Below, in pieces: positions 1 to 14,922 of a DNA stretch of 64,000 nucleotides. Made by a program: the position numbers and the translations under genes. The DNA comes from the human T2T-CHM13v2.0 reference genome, Homo sapiens, in the NCBI RefSeq assembly GCF_009914755.1, contig NC_060933.1; one strand, 5' to 3'. The notes beneath the pieces were generated by a model. That model saw only the letters and a list, made by a program, of their open reading frames with translations. It had not been told where the DNA came from and did no database searches. Within the stretch, counting starts at the first letter, position 1. The number at the start of each line of letters is the position of its first letter.

Positions 1-200
1 GGCTCATTGCAACCTCCGCCTCCCAAGGAACTGGGATTACAGGCATACGCCACCACATTGGGCTAACTTTCGTATTTTTAGTAGAGATGGGGTTTTGCCA
101 TATTGGCCAGGCTGGTCTCAAACTCCTGGGGTGAAGTGATCTGCCCACCTCAGTCTTCCAAAGTGCTGGGATTACAGGTGTAAGCCACTGCACCCCGGCC
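1..200 (-). mobile_element. Alu (partial)
   Basis: Alu consensus, reverse. Confidence 0.9.
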
Positions 201-391
201 CCTCCTTTCTTTTTCAGGAGTGTTTTGACTATTCTGGGTCCCTTGCAATTTCATATAAATTTTAGAATCAACTTGTCAGAACAAAGAAGTCACCTGGGAT
301 TCTGACAGGGACTATGTTGAATTTGTAGATCAGTTTTGAAGAGTATTGCCCTCTTAACAATGTTAACAAGACTTTATAAGTCTTCTAATCC

Positions 392-956
<565 letters not shown>

Positions 957-1189
957 TGAATTGTTTTCTTAATTTCACTTTTGGATAAGCTTGTTCCTTT
1001 AAAAACTACTCAGTGGCCTTTCTTCAAACACATGAATCTCTGGCCTTGGACAGATGTAACTGGTAGGCCCTCTCCATACATTAGCCATGCGTCAGTCATC
1101 TTTATTTCTTTTTTTAAAAAAATTCTTCCTATGAATAAGTTAGTTAACATACTAATTTCCTCATCTGGCCTTGAATTTCTACTTCTTCA

Positions 1190-1510
<321 letters not shown>

Positions 1511-1744
1511 TTGTGTACATTTGTTATAAAGGGGTAATGCAACTTACATACTCAGGAATTTGTCATGAGAACATTTCTTTAAAAAGCATTTCTCCAACCT
1601 GTATGAGGTGACTTGAACATTTTTTTATAGATAAATAGAGCAAGTCCTGTTAACCTAATCATAGGAAATGCAAGGGCGTCTGCAATTCTGCATCGCTTTT
1701 CCTAGCCATTTTTTGATCTTCCCTCTCCTTTAATTCTCCAAACT

Positions 1745-1769
1745 TGTGTGTGTGTGTGTGTGCACGCGC
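1745..1769. repeat. (TG)n microsatellite
   Basis: tgtgtgtgtgtgtgtgtgcacgcgc. Confidence 0.9.
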
Positions 1770-2851
1770 TATGGAAGCTTATTACCTTTAGAAACAGTGG
1801 TGATGCTCTGATCTAATGATTTCTGAAAGGGTCCTGGTCGCGTACCCGCTCTGATGGTAAAACAGGCCTCTACATGACTCCCTTGGTTAGCTGAGTTACT
1901 ATAAAATTCACGTGCGATTGTGTATTTGTAATTCTTTTGTAAACGTGCCACAAAAATATGGCAGTATGATGATACTGCTTAAGGGAAGAGAATTTTTAAA
2001 GAAAAGAGTTCAGCTTATATTTCTTTATTTCTTTTAAAAGAATTGATTATGCTCAGATGTTTTATTTTTATTTCTTGTGACTCTTAGTACCAGAGATCAC
2101 AGTAGCAGTTTTTGGATTGTCATTCAGTGAGAGAATTTATTGTAACCGAAGAGGCAGACTACTATTAATACATGTACATTATATGGTCTACACCAGGATA
2201 CCTGTGAGAGTAAAATGACATTACTACCAATTGTGCCAGGATAACATGGACTGTCTTATGTAGCTGGATCCTCTGGTTGCCCTACCTGAAGGCCACCTGC
2301 TACTACGAGGAAAAGAGCTTCGAGTTTTTCAGAACCCATGCAGAGTTTCTTAAAATAGAATTATAATTGCCTAGCAAACCCCCTCTCTTTTTTTTCTTTT
2401 ACTTTGTTTTTTTGTTGTTGGTGGTGATGGTTTGCTGTTTCTGTGTGTTTTCTTAGAGGCTAGAGGCAGTACATTAATCTTGGGGACCTTTTAAACAGTA
2501 CAGATGCCTGTGCCATCCTCAGAGATTCCCTTGTAGTTGTCCTGGGCTGAAGTTCATTCAGCACCAATTTTTAAAGCATGGAAAGCTTAAATTTTGGAAC
2601 TGAGTTAGGAAGATGATGTGAAATGCAGTGAAGTTGAGGGGGAAGAAGCTTTAAGGATTCACAGAGTAAAACCAATGGTACTTAGGCATTTTAAATGTGT
2701 GCCATATTCTCAGTAATCCCTGTAGGAATTGTCTGCTTTCAAATTATATTTCAAAGCCACTCAAACTTATTTTCATTTAAGTGCAGCTACAGATTAAACA
2801 TGGGCCAAAGAAATTTTTGGTTATGATTTTCAAAATTGTTCATATATCTAG

Positions 2852-3040
2852 ATGGAGGTCGGCAAACTATGAAAAAAAGTTTTATTATTGGAACACAGCC
2901 ACATCTGTTTATATACATATCATCAGTGGCTGCTTTTGTGCTACAGTGGCAGAGTTCAGCAGTTGGGACAGAGACCATATGACCCTAAGCCTGAAATATT
3001 TACTGTCTTGTCTTTTACGAAAACGTTTGCTGACTCCTGG
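2852..3040 (+). mobile_element. MER58A-like hAT-Charlie DNA transposon
   Basis: ggtcggcaaact...ggaacacagccac...gtttgctgactcctg termini and internal motifs. Confidence 0.75.
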
Positions 3041-3102
3041 TCTAGATAATCATGAATTCAGGCTATTAAAATTTTTTTTAAGTTATGAAAATAAATATGT
3101 GA

Positions 3103-3378
<276 letters not shown>

Positions 3379-5415
3379 ATGTCATCACAAACTCTGCCAA
3401 ATTTGTGGAACTATGAAATGTATTATTTGTAGACATAAAGACTTGATTGCTTTCCAGTTTAATGAAAGCTTAAATGTCCCTGCGAACCCACAATCTCTGC
3501 CAGCAGAACTGGTTTTGTTCTGAATAGTACAGATTGATGTGAACACAAAGCATTTTGTGTAAGGAGAACCCCTTTCTTTTAAAAGAAGTCTGTCTATTTC
3601 GAGGGGAGTTACAGGCAAGTTTGGTAAAAGTTAAGCTAGTATCATAGTCATTTAAAATTGTAATAGATCTTAACCATTTTCCCCCTCACCCTAACTCTCT
3701 TATTCTGCCGCCACAATGCAAGCATAGTTTGATGTTTTCGTTATTGCCTTTTTTGAGATGTATGTATCTGTATCTACCTATATCTATATGTGTGTATACA
3801 TATATAATATATACACACAGATACAAGTGTACACACACACACCACACACCACACACACCCCACTGGCAGTCTTTGTGGATTAGGATGGGGGTGACATAAT
3901 TTTCTTGAGTTTAACAGGAGTGCTTTACCCAAGTCAGTCATGGATATGATATCACTGCTCTTTATTTAAAAGTAAACTTTGGGCACAGGAACCATATGGG
4001 AACATTCAGCTTGTTTAAAAAAAAAAAATCAGAAGTTCAGAGCACCTTTTCAATCTGGAGCCCTTAAACCATAAGTCCAAATATGAATTATTTGTGAACA
4101 GTTAATGACCCATATTAGAATTTTACAATCTGGTGAACAATCTGGGTAAAAGGCTACCTTTAATTCTAAGCTTCATTTTTTTTTGGGGGGGGGTTACATT
4201 TTAATCATAAATTCTTTTTTGCAAAGCCCAGGTTCTTGTTCCACACAGTGTAATGTAGGTGTATTTTGGACAGCACATATGGTCCATTGTGTACAAGTCA
4301 GTAATCTGGATTTCAGTACATGGATTTAAAAGGCAACAATCCATCACTGGTTTGTGTGTTTTTGGTTAAGTTTCTGGAAGAATACAATGCTTTTATATTG
4401 GAAGTATAAGTTTTGAGTGGCATTGTTGCCTTCTAACAAGCTCTCTGGGACTTTTAAAGTTTTATTACTATTATTGCTAATGTATGATTATGGTCAGAGA
4501 CTTTCAACCCACCCCTTCCTGCCTACCCCTGGCTTTTCCTCACAAAGAATGTCTAGACAAACAGCAGCTTAGTCTCCTGACACCTCTTGTGGGGTGCATG
4601 TTCCTGCTCCAGGTATGCTGTTCATGTGGATTCATTCCATTCAGTGGCCCCTTGGGGTTTGCATGCCAGTGAAGCGTTACCATAGAAGAGCCAGCCGTTT
4701 GTGTTCGCTTGGTAGGTGTAAGTAATAGCAGCCCTTAGCCACGGAGTCTTTATGTGGTTTATTCCTGCAAGGTTGTTTTAAACTGAAATAGAACTGCTAG
4801 TGTGATTGGTTGATCAGCAAAACAGCTGCTCTCATTTTGTTTTGGAGGAACCCTGGTGGTTTGACAGCCAGGAGAAAGGCCATATGTGAAACCAGTCTCT
4901 TGTGGAGATTGGAAATCCTCCCTGATATTTGGGCAGAGCCTAAACGTGCATGCTTGTCACTCAAACACCAGAAGTTTGAATCAGAGGTCTGAGTGACCTC
5001 TTTTGTGGCTGTTCTTGATGGTTTCCAGGCCTCGTTATGCATGGTTTGCTTGATGCCCATTTTTTGTGCCTTGTGCTGTTGGATGGTAACGACCACTCAC
5101 CATGTAAACACAGTACCTCAGTTTTCTGTCCACAGCTGCAGTCGCTCTGTCCCTCGTGCTTCACTGTGGGCAGCCAGGGACAAGCTTCTGAAAGCAGTGT
5201 GATACCCAAGTCATAGGTGCTTCTCGTATGTGAACAGGTGTCATTCTACAGATCTGTTATGTGTTTTCCTGTTGACTCTTAAGAGTCCCTGCATGTAAAT
5301 CTCAAAGCTGAGCCTGGCTCCCAGAGTCCAGACTGACATTACAGCGCAAGAGTTTGCAAGTGTGTCCAGCATGCACCAACTGTGCAGAACTTGGCTCGGT
5401 AACTTTGCGTGGAAA

Positions 5416-5421
5416 AATAAA
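5416..5421 (+). terminator. SPIN1: Candidate proximal polyadenylation signal in SPIN1 3'UTR
   Basis: AATAAA inside the UTR; usage cannot be shown from sequence. Confidence 0.45.
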
Positions 5422-6775
5422 GTACATTTTGAAGTATCTTGAGGGTTGGGTCAATTGAGACATTTCTAGCATTACTTAATGACTTGCATTGTGGTTTTTC
5501 TGCAAGCAACTTTAATGACTTTTTTTATACCACATGGTCTCCCAGTTTCTAGATGAATGCAACATGATGATGGTGATGATGACGATGAGTTTAATCATTG
5601 TTCATTTATTGCCTTTAGGGCTGAGGGAAAGGGAAGGTTTGTTTTTTTTTCTCCCCATTTTCCCCCATTCTGTCTTTCTTTTGGTGACTTACACCACATG
5701 TAATGACGCTATGACTAATTCTGCTCCCAAGCCCTTGTATCTTGGGCTTCATTTTAGGCTCATGTGTCAGATCTGCATGCATTGCTTGCATTTTTCTGGT
5801 ATCTGAATGTTGGTTCCTTGTTCCAGGAATTCAACATTAATTTCCAAAAGTATCATGGGACTTGTGACAATACAAGACATGAATCTATGTATAAAATTTA
5901 TCGGCCTTTCTCATTTACCTGCTCTAGTATTATTGTATTGTGTGTGCGTGCGTGTGTGATGTCAGGCTGCCACGTAAAACTTCAGAGAAAAATCTTAAAA
6001 GCAGACCATCCTTTTTTGCATGCTCTATTCTAAGTAGAATGTTCAATGTAACTGACTAAAATTGCATGTTAAAGATATTTAGGTTTTTTTGTTTTCTTTA
6101 TTTTTATTTGTTTTCAGTTTCCTGTATATTTGCTTACTGTGCCGTTTTAGTGGTTTTAGGATAAAAATGCACTGGTGAAGCAAATGTAGTGCCAACAGAA
6201 GGTGATTTTCCAGTTGTAAATGTCATGCAGCATTTGAAGGGACTGTGTTTTCTTAAAAAAAAATCACAGTTACTTCTAAACCAGATTTCATTTCTTTTAT
6301 TGTTTTATGTGCCAAACCACGAAGTGCATTGGGCTTCAATCTCTGAACACTGTAGACCCATTAGAAGACTGTTCCGATTGTTACAAATTGTAGTGCCTGA
6401 AAACACTCTTAAGCTGATTGTCTTAACAAAATGAAAGTTCTCCAAAGACAAAACAGAACAATTATTATAACAAAATAATTATGGTTGAAATGTCTGTGGT
6501 TCCTTGGAAATGCTGCGCTCTTTGTGTTTTTCCATCATTAGTGCAGTTGGAATGAATGTGTATAGGTCAGAGGTCTTCGTGTTCACATTTTAAAATTAGG
6601 TAAATGACCTCATCTTTCAAGCTTGAATTCATTTTTAATTTTAATTTTATTTTATACAATGTGTAGACAGTTCCCTGTTCTCTGCATTTAGAAGTATACA
6701 CAATATAAATCTGTTAATTCTGTAAGTAATTTTTATAATTATGATGTAACTCTATCTTATCCTTAAAACATTTAA

Positions 6776-6781
6776 AATAAA
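6776..6781 (+). terminator. SPIN1: Distal polyadenylation signal of SPIN1
   Basis: AATAAA with upstream TGTA motifs (e.g. 6721) and downstream GT-rich sequence (gtttgtgctg...gtgatgtgtt). Confidence 0.85.
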
Positions 6782-7217
6782 CCCTTTATGTGCAACTCCT
6801 GACTGTAAAGTTTGTGCTGATGAGCAACATGTGATGTGTTAAACTTGATTCTGAAAAGTTTTTTGGGCCAAGTAACCTTTTCACCACATGTAAATGTCAG
6901 ATATGCATAGAAAGAAATAGAATTTTTATTTGATAACATTCAATAATACCTGAAAGAAGAGGAGGCAGTCATCAATATCACACATATATTAAATATTGAA
7001 GTTTGCAATTTGACATTGAGAAAGTTTAACTTACAAGATCTTAAACTTAAAAAAATTCTTTTAAATATAATTAAATAATGGGTATTTTATACTTTTCACA
7101 AGTATTCTTGCTTTGAATATTTCTTATAATGCTTTTACTCATAAATAATAAACAATGGGATTCTATAGTGAAAAATCACTATTTCTCAATGCTAGGATAC
7201 AAAAAAATGAAAGTAAT

Positions 7218-7294
7218 ATAGGCTGGTGCAAAGTAATAGCAGTTTTGCCACTGCTTTTATGGCAAAAAATGCAATTACTTTTTCACCAACCTAA
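7218..7294. mobile_element. MADE1 (Hsmar1 mariner MITE)
   Basis: taggctggtgcaaagtaatagcagttttgcca...tggcaaaaaatgcaattactttttcaccaaccta: ~80-bp palindromic element. Confidence 0.88.
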
Positions 7295-8330
7295 TATTAA
7301 CACCTATGTATGTTTTATCTTTCTTGATTATTTTAATCAGTGAGGTAAAAAGTGGAATTTATGGCATGCTTTAATAAGATTTTTTTTTTTAATGTTTCCC
7401 AGTTCATTTTGGCCTAAGGATCTCATGCTTAAGTCTGGGATATTTACCTGCCTTTGGGAGAATGGTTGATACTTGGTGAGGGATGAATGCAAACTTGGGC
7501 TTTGGGACGCTGGGCTTCTAGGTTTGTGTCAGTGCAGTGCCTGTGCTCCAAGTCCATGGAGGTTACTGAGGTGGACTGAAGGCAGGGTCTACTCCGGCTT
7601 AGGTGGAAGAAGGCTGCAGTTCAAGGAGGAAATGAGCCATTGGGAAGCACAGGTGCCTCTCTTGAGTCTGGGTTTTCTGACCTTCCTTGCTGAAGGTAGA
7701 TTATTCGTTGTCTGTGTTATCTGTCATGGGTACAGCTCTGTAAATATTGCCCCAAAAGTATAACAATGCAAGTTTAGTCTGAAGTTTGAAACTTGATAAC
7801 TAGTATTTGTAAACTAATGAATCAACTCTCCTATTTAAAGCAGTCATCACTCTGTTGGAGAATTTTTGTTTTTTCTCTTGGTACAATTAAACTCTGTGAT
7901 GACAAAAGCATTTGGTACTAATAAAGCATTCATAAATGCTTAATAAGTACCTTGCCAAGCACTTTCCACACTATTTTGTTTAGTTCTTAATGGTCTTTTG
8001 AGGAAGAGGCAGAGATTGAGTATCTCACGCAGGATTATAGGGGAATGAAGACTCGGATCTCTATTTTGTGCCCAGACTCTGAGCTGCTTTATGAACACCT
8101 CAATTAAATTACTTCATTGGAGTGATTTGAGTAATCTATCTATAGTGTAATATTTTCTATGAATAATTTTCTGTAACCTTATTTCATAAGTTAATATCTA
8201 AAAAGTGTTTATTTCCAAATTGCCAAATAAAAGGTTTTATATTAGTCATTAGAATGTAGGCATCTGTGTCTCTGTATGCTAAGAATTATAACCCAAAATT
8301 ATTTTTGTGCTTAAAAAATAAATGATGTCT

Positions 8331-8430
8331 CCACGATGGCACGCATATACTTATGTAACAAACCTGCACATTCTGCACATGTATCCCGGAACTTAAAAAA
8401 ATTTTTTTTCCATAACTAAAAAAATAAAAA
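8331..8430 (+). mobile_element. Severely 5'-truncated L1PA 3' end
   Basis: atgtaacaaacctgcacattctgcacatgtatcccggaacttaaa plus A-rich tail; flanked by TSD aaata(a)atgatgtct. Confidence 0.85.
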
Positions 8431-8524
8431 TAATGATGTCTTTTTTGGAGAGAAAGTATGCTGAAGAAATTTTAATAACTTTTCATCACAAGAATATAGA
8501 TACTTTATTTTAACTTTTAAATCT

Positions 8525-8705
8525 ATTCATTTGCTTATTTATTTTGAGACTGGGTTATGAGACTGGCTAATTTTTGTATTTTTGGTAGAGACAGGGTTTC
8601 AACCATGTTGCCAAGGCTGGTCTCGAACTCCTGGGCTCAAGCCATCCACCCTTCTCAGCCTCCCAAAGTGCTGAGATTATAGGCGTGAGTCACGGCACCC
8701 AGCCA
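8525..8705 (-). mobile_element. Alu (left monomer/AluJ remnant)
   Basis: Partial consensus, reverse. Confidence 0.85.
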
Positions 8706-9402
8706 GATAACTATTTTAAAGACACTTTGAATATATCATGAAAGTAATATCTTCATAAACCTAATTTTTTTAACCATACAGGAGACTTAAAAAGCCTAGA
8801 TTTCTTTTGCTCATAACCTACAATCTTATGTTTAATTTTTATAGTAATGAGTTTGTTCTGTGTCATATACTGGTAAGTTTTAGGCAGCATGTGGAGTTGA
8901 GAGAATTCATTGAGTCTTTAAGTTACTTCTCCAGCCATTCCTAGAGTCTTCGTCTGCCCTTATGATTAGTTTTGGTAAACCAAGTAGCAGACGGTTTTTT
9001 AATAATGTCATGGCACATAAGTTTGCCTAAACATGACATTGGCATTCTTTCTGCTTAATTTTCAAGTGAGGGCCCTGGACCAAGTGGTGCGTCGGCCCCT
9101 GTCAGCTCTGAGGTGACACACAAGTGCGGGGCCTTGCTGTGCATTTGTTTTTTTACGTTGACTGTTCAGTGAGAGAGGAGGCTTACTCCTGGCTCTGCTT
9201 TTACCATCCTCTTTCTCATTATTTTCAGTGTATGCTTTCTGGAGGGAAAGTTAAGAGCTTTATATACCACACAAACTACCTAAAATCCTTAATAGGGTAA
9301 GCAGATTATACATAACTTTAAAATTGTCTGTTTCTATGTTGGAATTACTGAAGCAGATTATAATGTGAAAGGACAGAAAGCCTTTTAAAAACCTTTATGT
9401 TG

Positions 9403-9747
<345 letters not shown>

Positions 9748-10319
9748 TTAACAACCCAGGGTTGAGTGGCAGCATTGTGAATTGTCTTCAGATACAGATC
9801 GTGAAAATAACTCTAAAGCTTTTTCCTCGAACTTGTCTTTCTGTGGCTTTGTAAAAAATTGGATAGCTGCTTTCCTTGGTCTTCCCTGCACCTGCACACC
9901 GTGTATACAAGTGTGAGCCTCTGGTCTTCTCATAGAAAAGTCTGATGACTGTTAGAGAAATGACATCAGCAGTAGGTCTTTTTCCTAAAGTCAGTCTTTA
10001 TCCTGTAGTGTGTTTACTCTTTGTTTTATTTATTGGGGACCTGGTTTTAACAAAATGTTACTTCCAGTTTTTCTGTAATAACTATGGTAAAGTAGCTTTA
10101 ACCACTAGATTAAAGTAGCCACTAGATTCTTAATTTAATCTAAATCTGATGGATGCTACTAAGGACAAAACTGGTCATTTTCAGAGCAGTCCTGTAGGGG
10201 AGAGCAGTGTGTCAAAGACAAGTAAGCACAGTGCAGGCCTATGCCTGGCACAGGGCTTGCCGCTGTTCTGCCGGCCTGTCATCATTGGGTGTCACTTAAG
10301 GCCTTACAATGTTTTGCTT

Positions 10320-10472
10320 TGTTTTTTTCTTTCTTTCTTTCTTTCTTTTTTTTTCCATAGAAGGCGTCTCACTGTGTTTCTCAGACTCATCCTAAACTTC
10401 TGGACTCAAGTGTTCCTCCCGCCTCAGCCTCCCAAAGTGCTGGGATTACAGGTGTGAGTAACCATGCCCGGC
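10320..10472 (-). mobile_element. FLAM/Alu monomer
   Basis: Monomer with T-rich tail. Confidence 0.85.
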
Positions 10473-10690
10473 TGGCTTTATTTTTGATGTTTGAGATTAC
10501 GCTTTCAGTTCCACACAGTCGATTTTGCTTGTTATATAATGTTCGTTTTTAGGAAGATTTTAGTTGTTACATTTTTTTAACAACACTAGCATCTTCCAGC
10601 GTATATAAAAATTGTAATAAGCAGTGTTAAGTTTCACATTTTCTACTTTATTGTGATTGAGAAGACTATACATCTAACTTTTATGAATAA

Positions 10691-11041
<351 letters not shown>

Positions 11042-11398
11042 TAGTGTTCATGAACACTAAATTGTCTTCTTAGTTCATTTGTGAAACATGGTGCTGGAGT
11101 TTGCAGTCTAAGCTCATGGCTAGATGAGTAGTGACTTAAACAGCAGGTCTGCTTTCAGAATGTATTCCTGCAGAGAGTTAAGCTGCATTCTTTTAAAACG
11201 GACAGTTGTGCCCAGTAAAGTTTATCTGTTGAATACTACAGAAAAGTAACCATCATTGTATTTGTTTCTACCTTTAGGCCTTAGATACGTGATGTATTTA
11301 ATCAGTCTTTTTCTTTCAAATATAACCTGAAATAGTTGGTCTTTGGAAAAGTTTAAAAAGTTGATTGTGTTTCTAAAGGGAGAAATTTCCAGATGTTA

Positions 11399-11802
<404 letters not shown>

Positions 11803-12083
11803 CTAGCTGCTTTATCAATTCCAACAGAATCTCATTCTCTTAATGTGTGCTCAAAAGAAATAACTATCAAGATTGCGGGAGTGATTTCTAAAGGCAAGTG
11901 GGTCATTTTATGTTCTTCCATGTGGAGCTTTGTGACGTAGCAGAGAGTGTGAGTGGTGTCAATAGTATGGCAAGAAAACTTGCATATTTTGGTCCTGAGA
12001 AAGTGAAGGTAGTAGGCTGCCTTCCTAAAGGATTAGCAATTTAAGGGACGTTCTAGACCTCTAGTCTAGAAAATGTAACTGTT

Positions 12084-12383
12084 GGCTGGGCGCCATGGCT
12101 GACACCTGTAATCCCACACTTTGGGAGGCCGAGGTGGGCAGATCACCTGAGGTCAAGAGTTCGAAACCAGCCTAGCCAACATGGTGAAACCCCGTCTCTA
12201 CTAAAAATACAAAAATTATCTCGGTGTGGTGGCACGTACCTTTAATCCCAGCTACTCAGGAGGCGGAGGCACAAGAATTGCTTGAACCCGGGGAGGCAGA
12301 GGTTGCAGTGAGCCGAGATCACGCCACTGCACTCCAGCCTGAGCAACAGAGGGAGACCCTGTCTCAAAAATAAAACAAAAAAA
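12084..12383 (+). mobile_element. AluS
   Basis: Full-length; TSD agaaaatgtaactg. Confidence 0.95.
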
Positions 12384-12461
12384 GAAAATGTAACTGCAGG
12401 TGAAGGTTTAATTAAACTTCTTTAGACTGGAATTTCACATGTTTTATCTATCAACTTTTGT

Positions 12462-12720
12462 TAAGAGGTAGGATCTCTTTTTGTCCCAGGCTGGAGTGCA
12501 GTGGTACAGTTACAGCTTACTGTAACCTTGAACTCCTGGGCTCAAGTGATCCTCCCAAGTAGCTAGACTACAGACAGGTGCCGCCACAGCCAGCTGATTT
12601 TTCAGAGACAGGATCTCTCTATGTTGCCCATGCTGGTCTTGAACTCCTGGCCTCGAGCCATCCTCCCACCTCGGCCTCCCAAAGTGCTGGGATTTGAGGC
12701 ATGAGACACCCACACTCGGT
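12462..12720 (-). mobile_element. AluJ
   Basis: Diverged dimer, reverse. Confidence 0.88.
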
Positions 12721-12935
12721 CTTCAAGTTTTTATTGTAACTTATAAGCAAGTCAGTTCCAACTTAAATTGGTTTCAATGCTATTTAGATAGTAGCTAAAG
12801 TATGTATTTTCTTCTAGTATATTTTTAAAATGTGGGTATATATAAATAACTTCATAACCCACCTAAAATATTTTATGGGATAAAGTGGATATAAATAATT
12901 TTGTCCTTAGAAAGTTCTTTGCCATCTAATTATCA

Positions 12936-13467
12936 TTTTTTAACATCTATTATTCCATAAATTCATAGGGACTAGGTTCCAGCAGCCCAGGCTCCTTTCC
13001 ATTGGTTCTCACAAAGTGCGCTTCTCTGGGTAGAGCAGGCTGGCGTTTAGTGGAACCCAGACACCTTTCTCTGGCTTCCTCCTTTTTTCCAATCATTTTC
13101 CTTCACGAATTTCAGGAAGCTGTCCTGGCTCTTAAGAGTGCTCAGTATACTCTATACATAACACACATTAATTGTCTTAAGAATCTTGCCCTTACCTTGT
13201 TTACAACAATACCAACAGCATGTGGGTAACATTATAGACTGCTCCAGTTTTGCCATGGTAACATCTGTGGGCATTCCTTCTTGAACAGTACCCATTCCCT
13301 TAATGTCTACAATATCACCTTTCTTTACAGATACACATATATATGGGCAAAGGGACAACTCCAGGTTTTCTAAAAGGTTTAGAGGAAATATATCAGGTGC
13401 CTCTCTTCTTTCCTTTTGTTCATAATTTTGGCAAATTACTGGAAGATGGTGGTTCGGGCCAAAAGGA
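12936..13467 (-). pseudogene. RPL21 (60S ribosomal protein L21) processed pseudogene
   Basis: Minus strand gives KKGDIVDIKGMGTVQEGMP and ...[23 protein letters not shown] (stop 12950-12952). Intronless and frameshifted; start ATG appears mutated to ATT; pyrimidine (TOP-like) 5'UTR retained to ~13467. Confidence 0.95.
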
Positions 13468-13621
13468 ATAATTACAAATTTTTAAACTGTCATGTTGAAG
13501 AATTCTTTCTTCCTAGATAAATGTAAATTGACATGGTGTTCCACCACCTATCCTCAGAGATGCAGTTAGCAGAAATGGCTCCTAAAATTAGTGGTCACTG
13601 TTACATTATAAAAATTTGTCA

Positions 13622-13912
<291 letters not shown>

Positions 13913-14228
13913 GCCTGTAAATGAACTTATATGGTGGTTATGATTTGGGGGATTTAGGGAGTACTGTGCCAGGTGGCAGTTGGACTTAGATTCTGGTAAG
14001 AATCAGCCTTAGGCAGAGATTTTGTAGTCTGTTCTGTTCTCTATTTTAAAATGTCTCTGTGCCTTAGTTTCTTTTCTTGCATGATTTTCTTAACATGTTT
14101 GAACTTCTGATTTATCTAGAATAACAGTATGGTTTCCTATTTTTTTAAAACACTCTGGAAAGATTAATTTGGTTTTGCGAAGTGTCACATTCAGTGACAG
14201 TACATTGCCTATAAAACTAGCAACATAA

Positions 14229-14543
<315 letters not shown>

Positions 14544-14631
14544 ACTAACATGTTGTTGTCTATAAATCATTTGTGTCTATTGTAAGTGTGACTAGTCATA
14601 AGCTTTCCATTGCTCAGTTTTTTTGGGGGTT

Positions 14632-14922
<291 letters not shown>

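Larger units (their letters stand above)
3379..6800 (+). other. SPIN1: SPIN1 3'UTR (~3.4 kb)
   Basis: Alu-free, U-rich block from the stop codon to AATAAA 6776-6781; the end coordinate is approximate. Confidence 0.88.

Noticed and set aside
13152-13358. 68-aa ORF with RPL21 similarity as a functional gene
   Set aside because: Lost start codon and multiple frameshifts; processed pseudogene.
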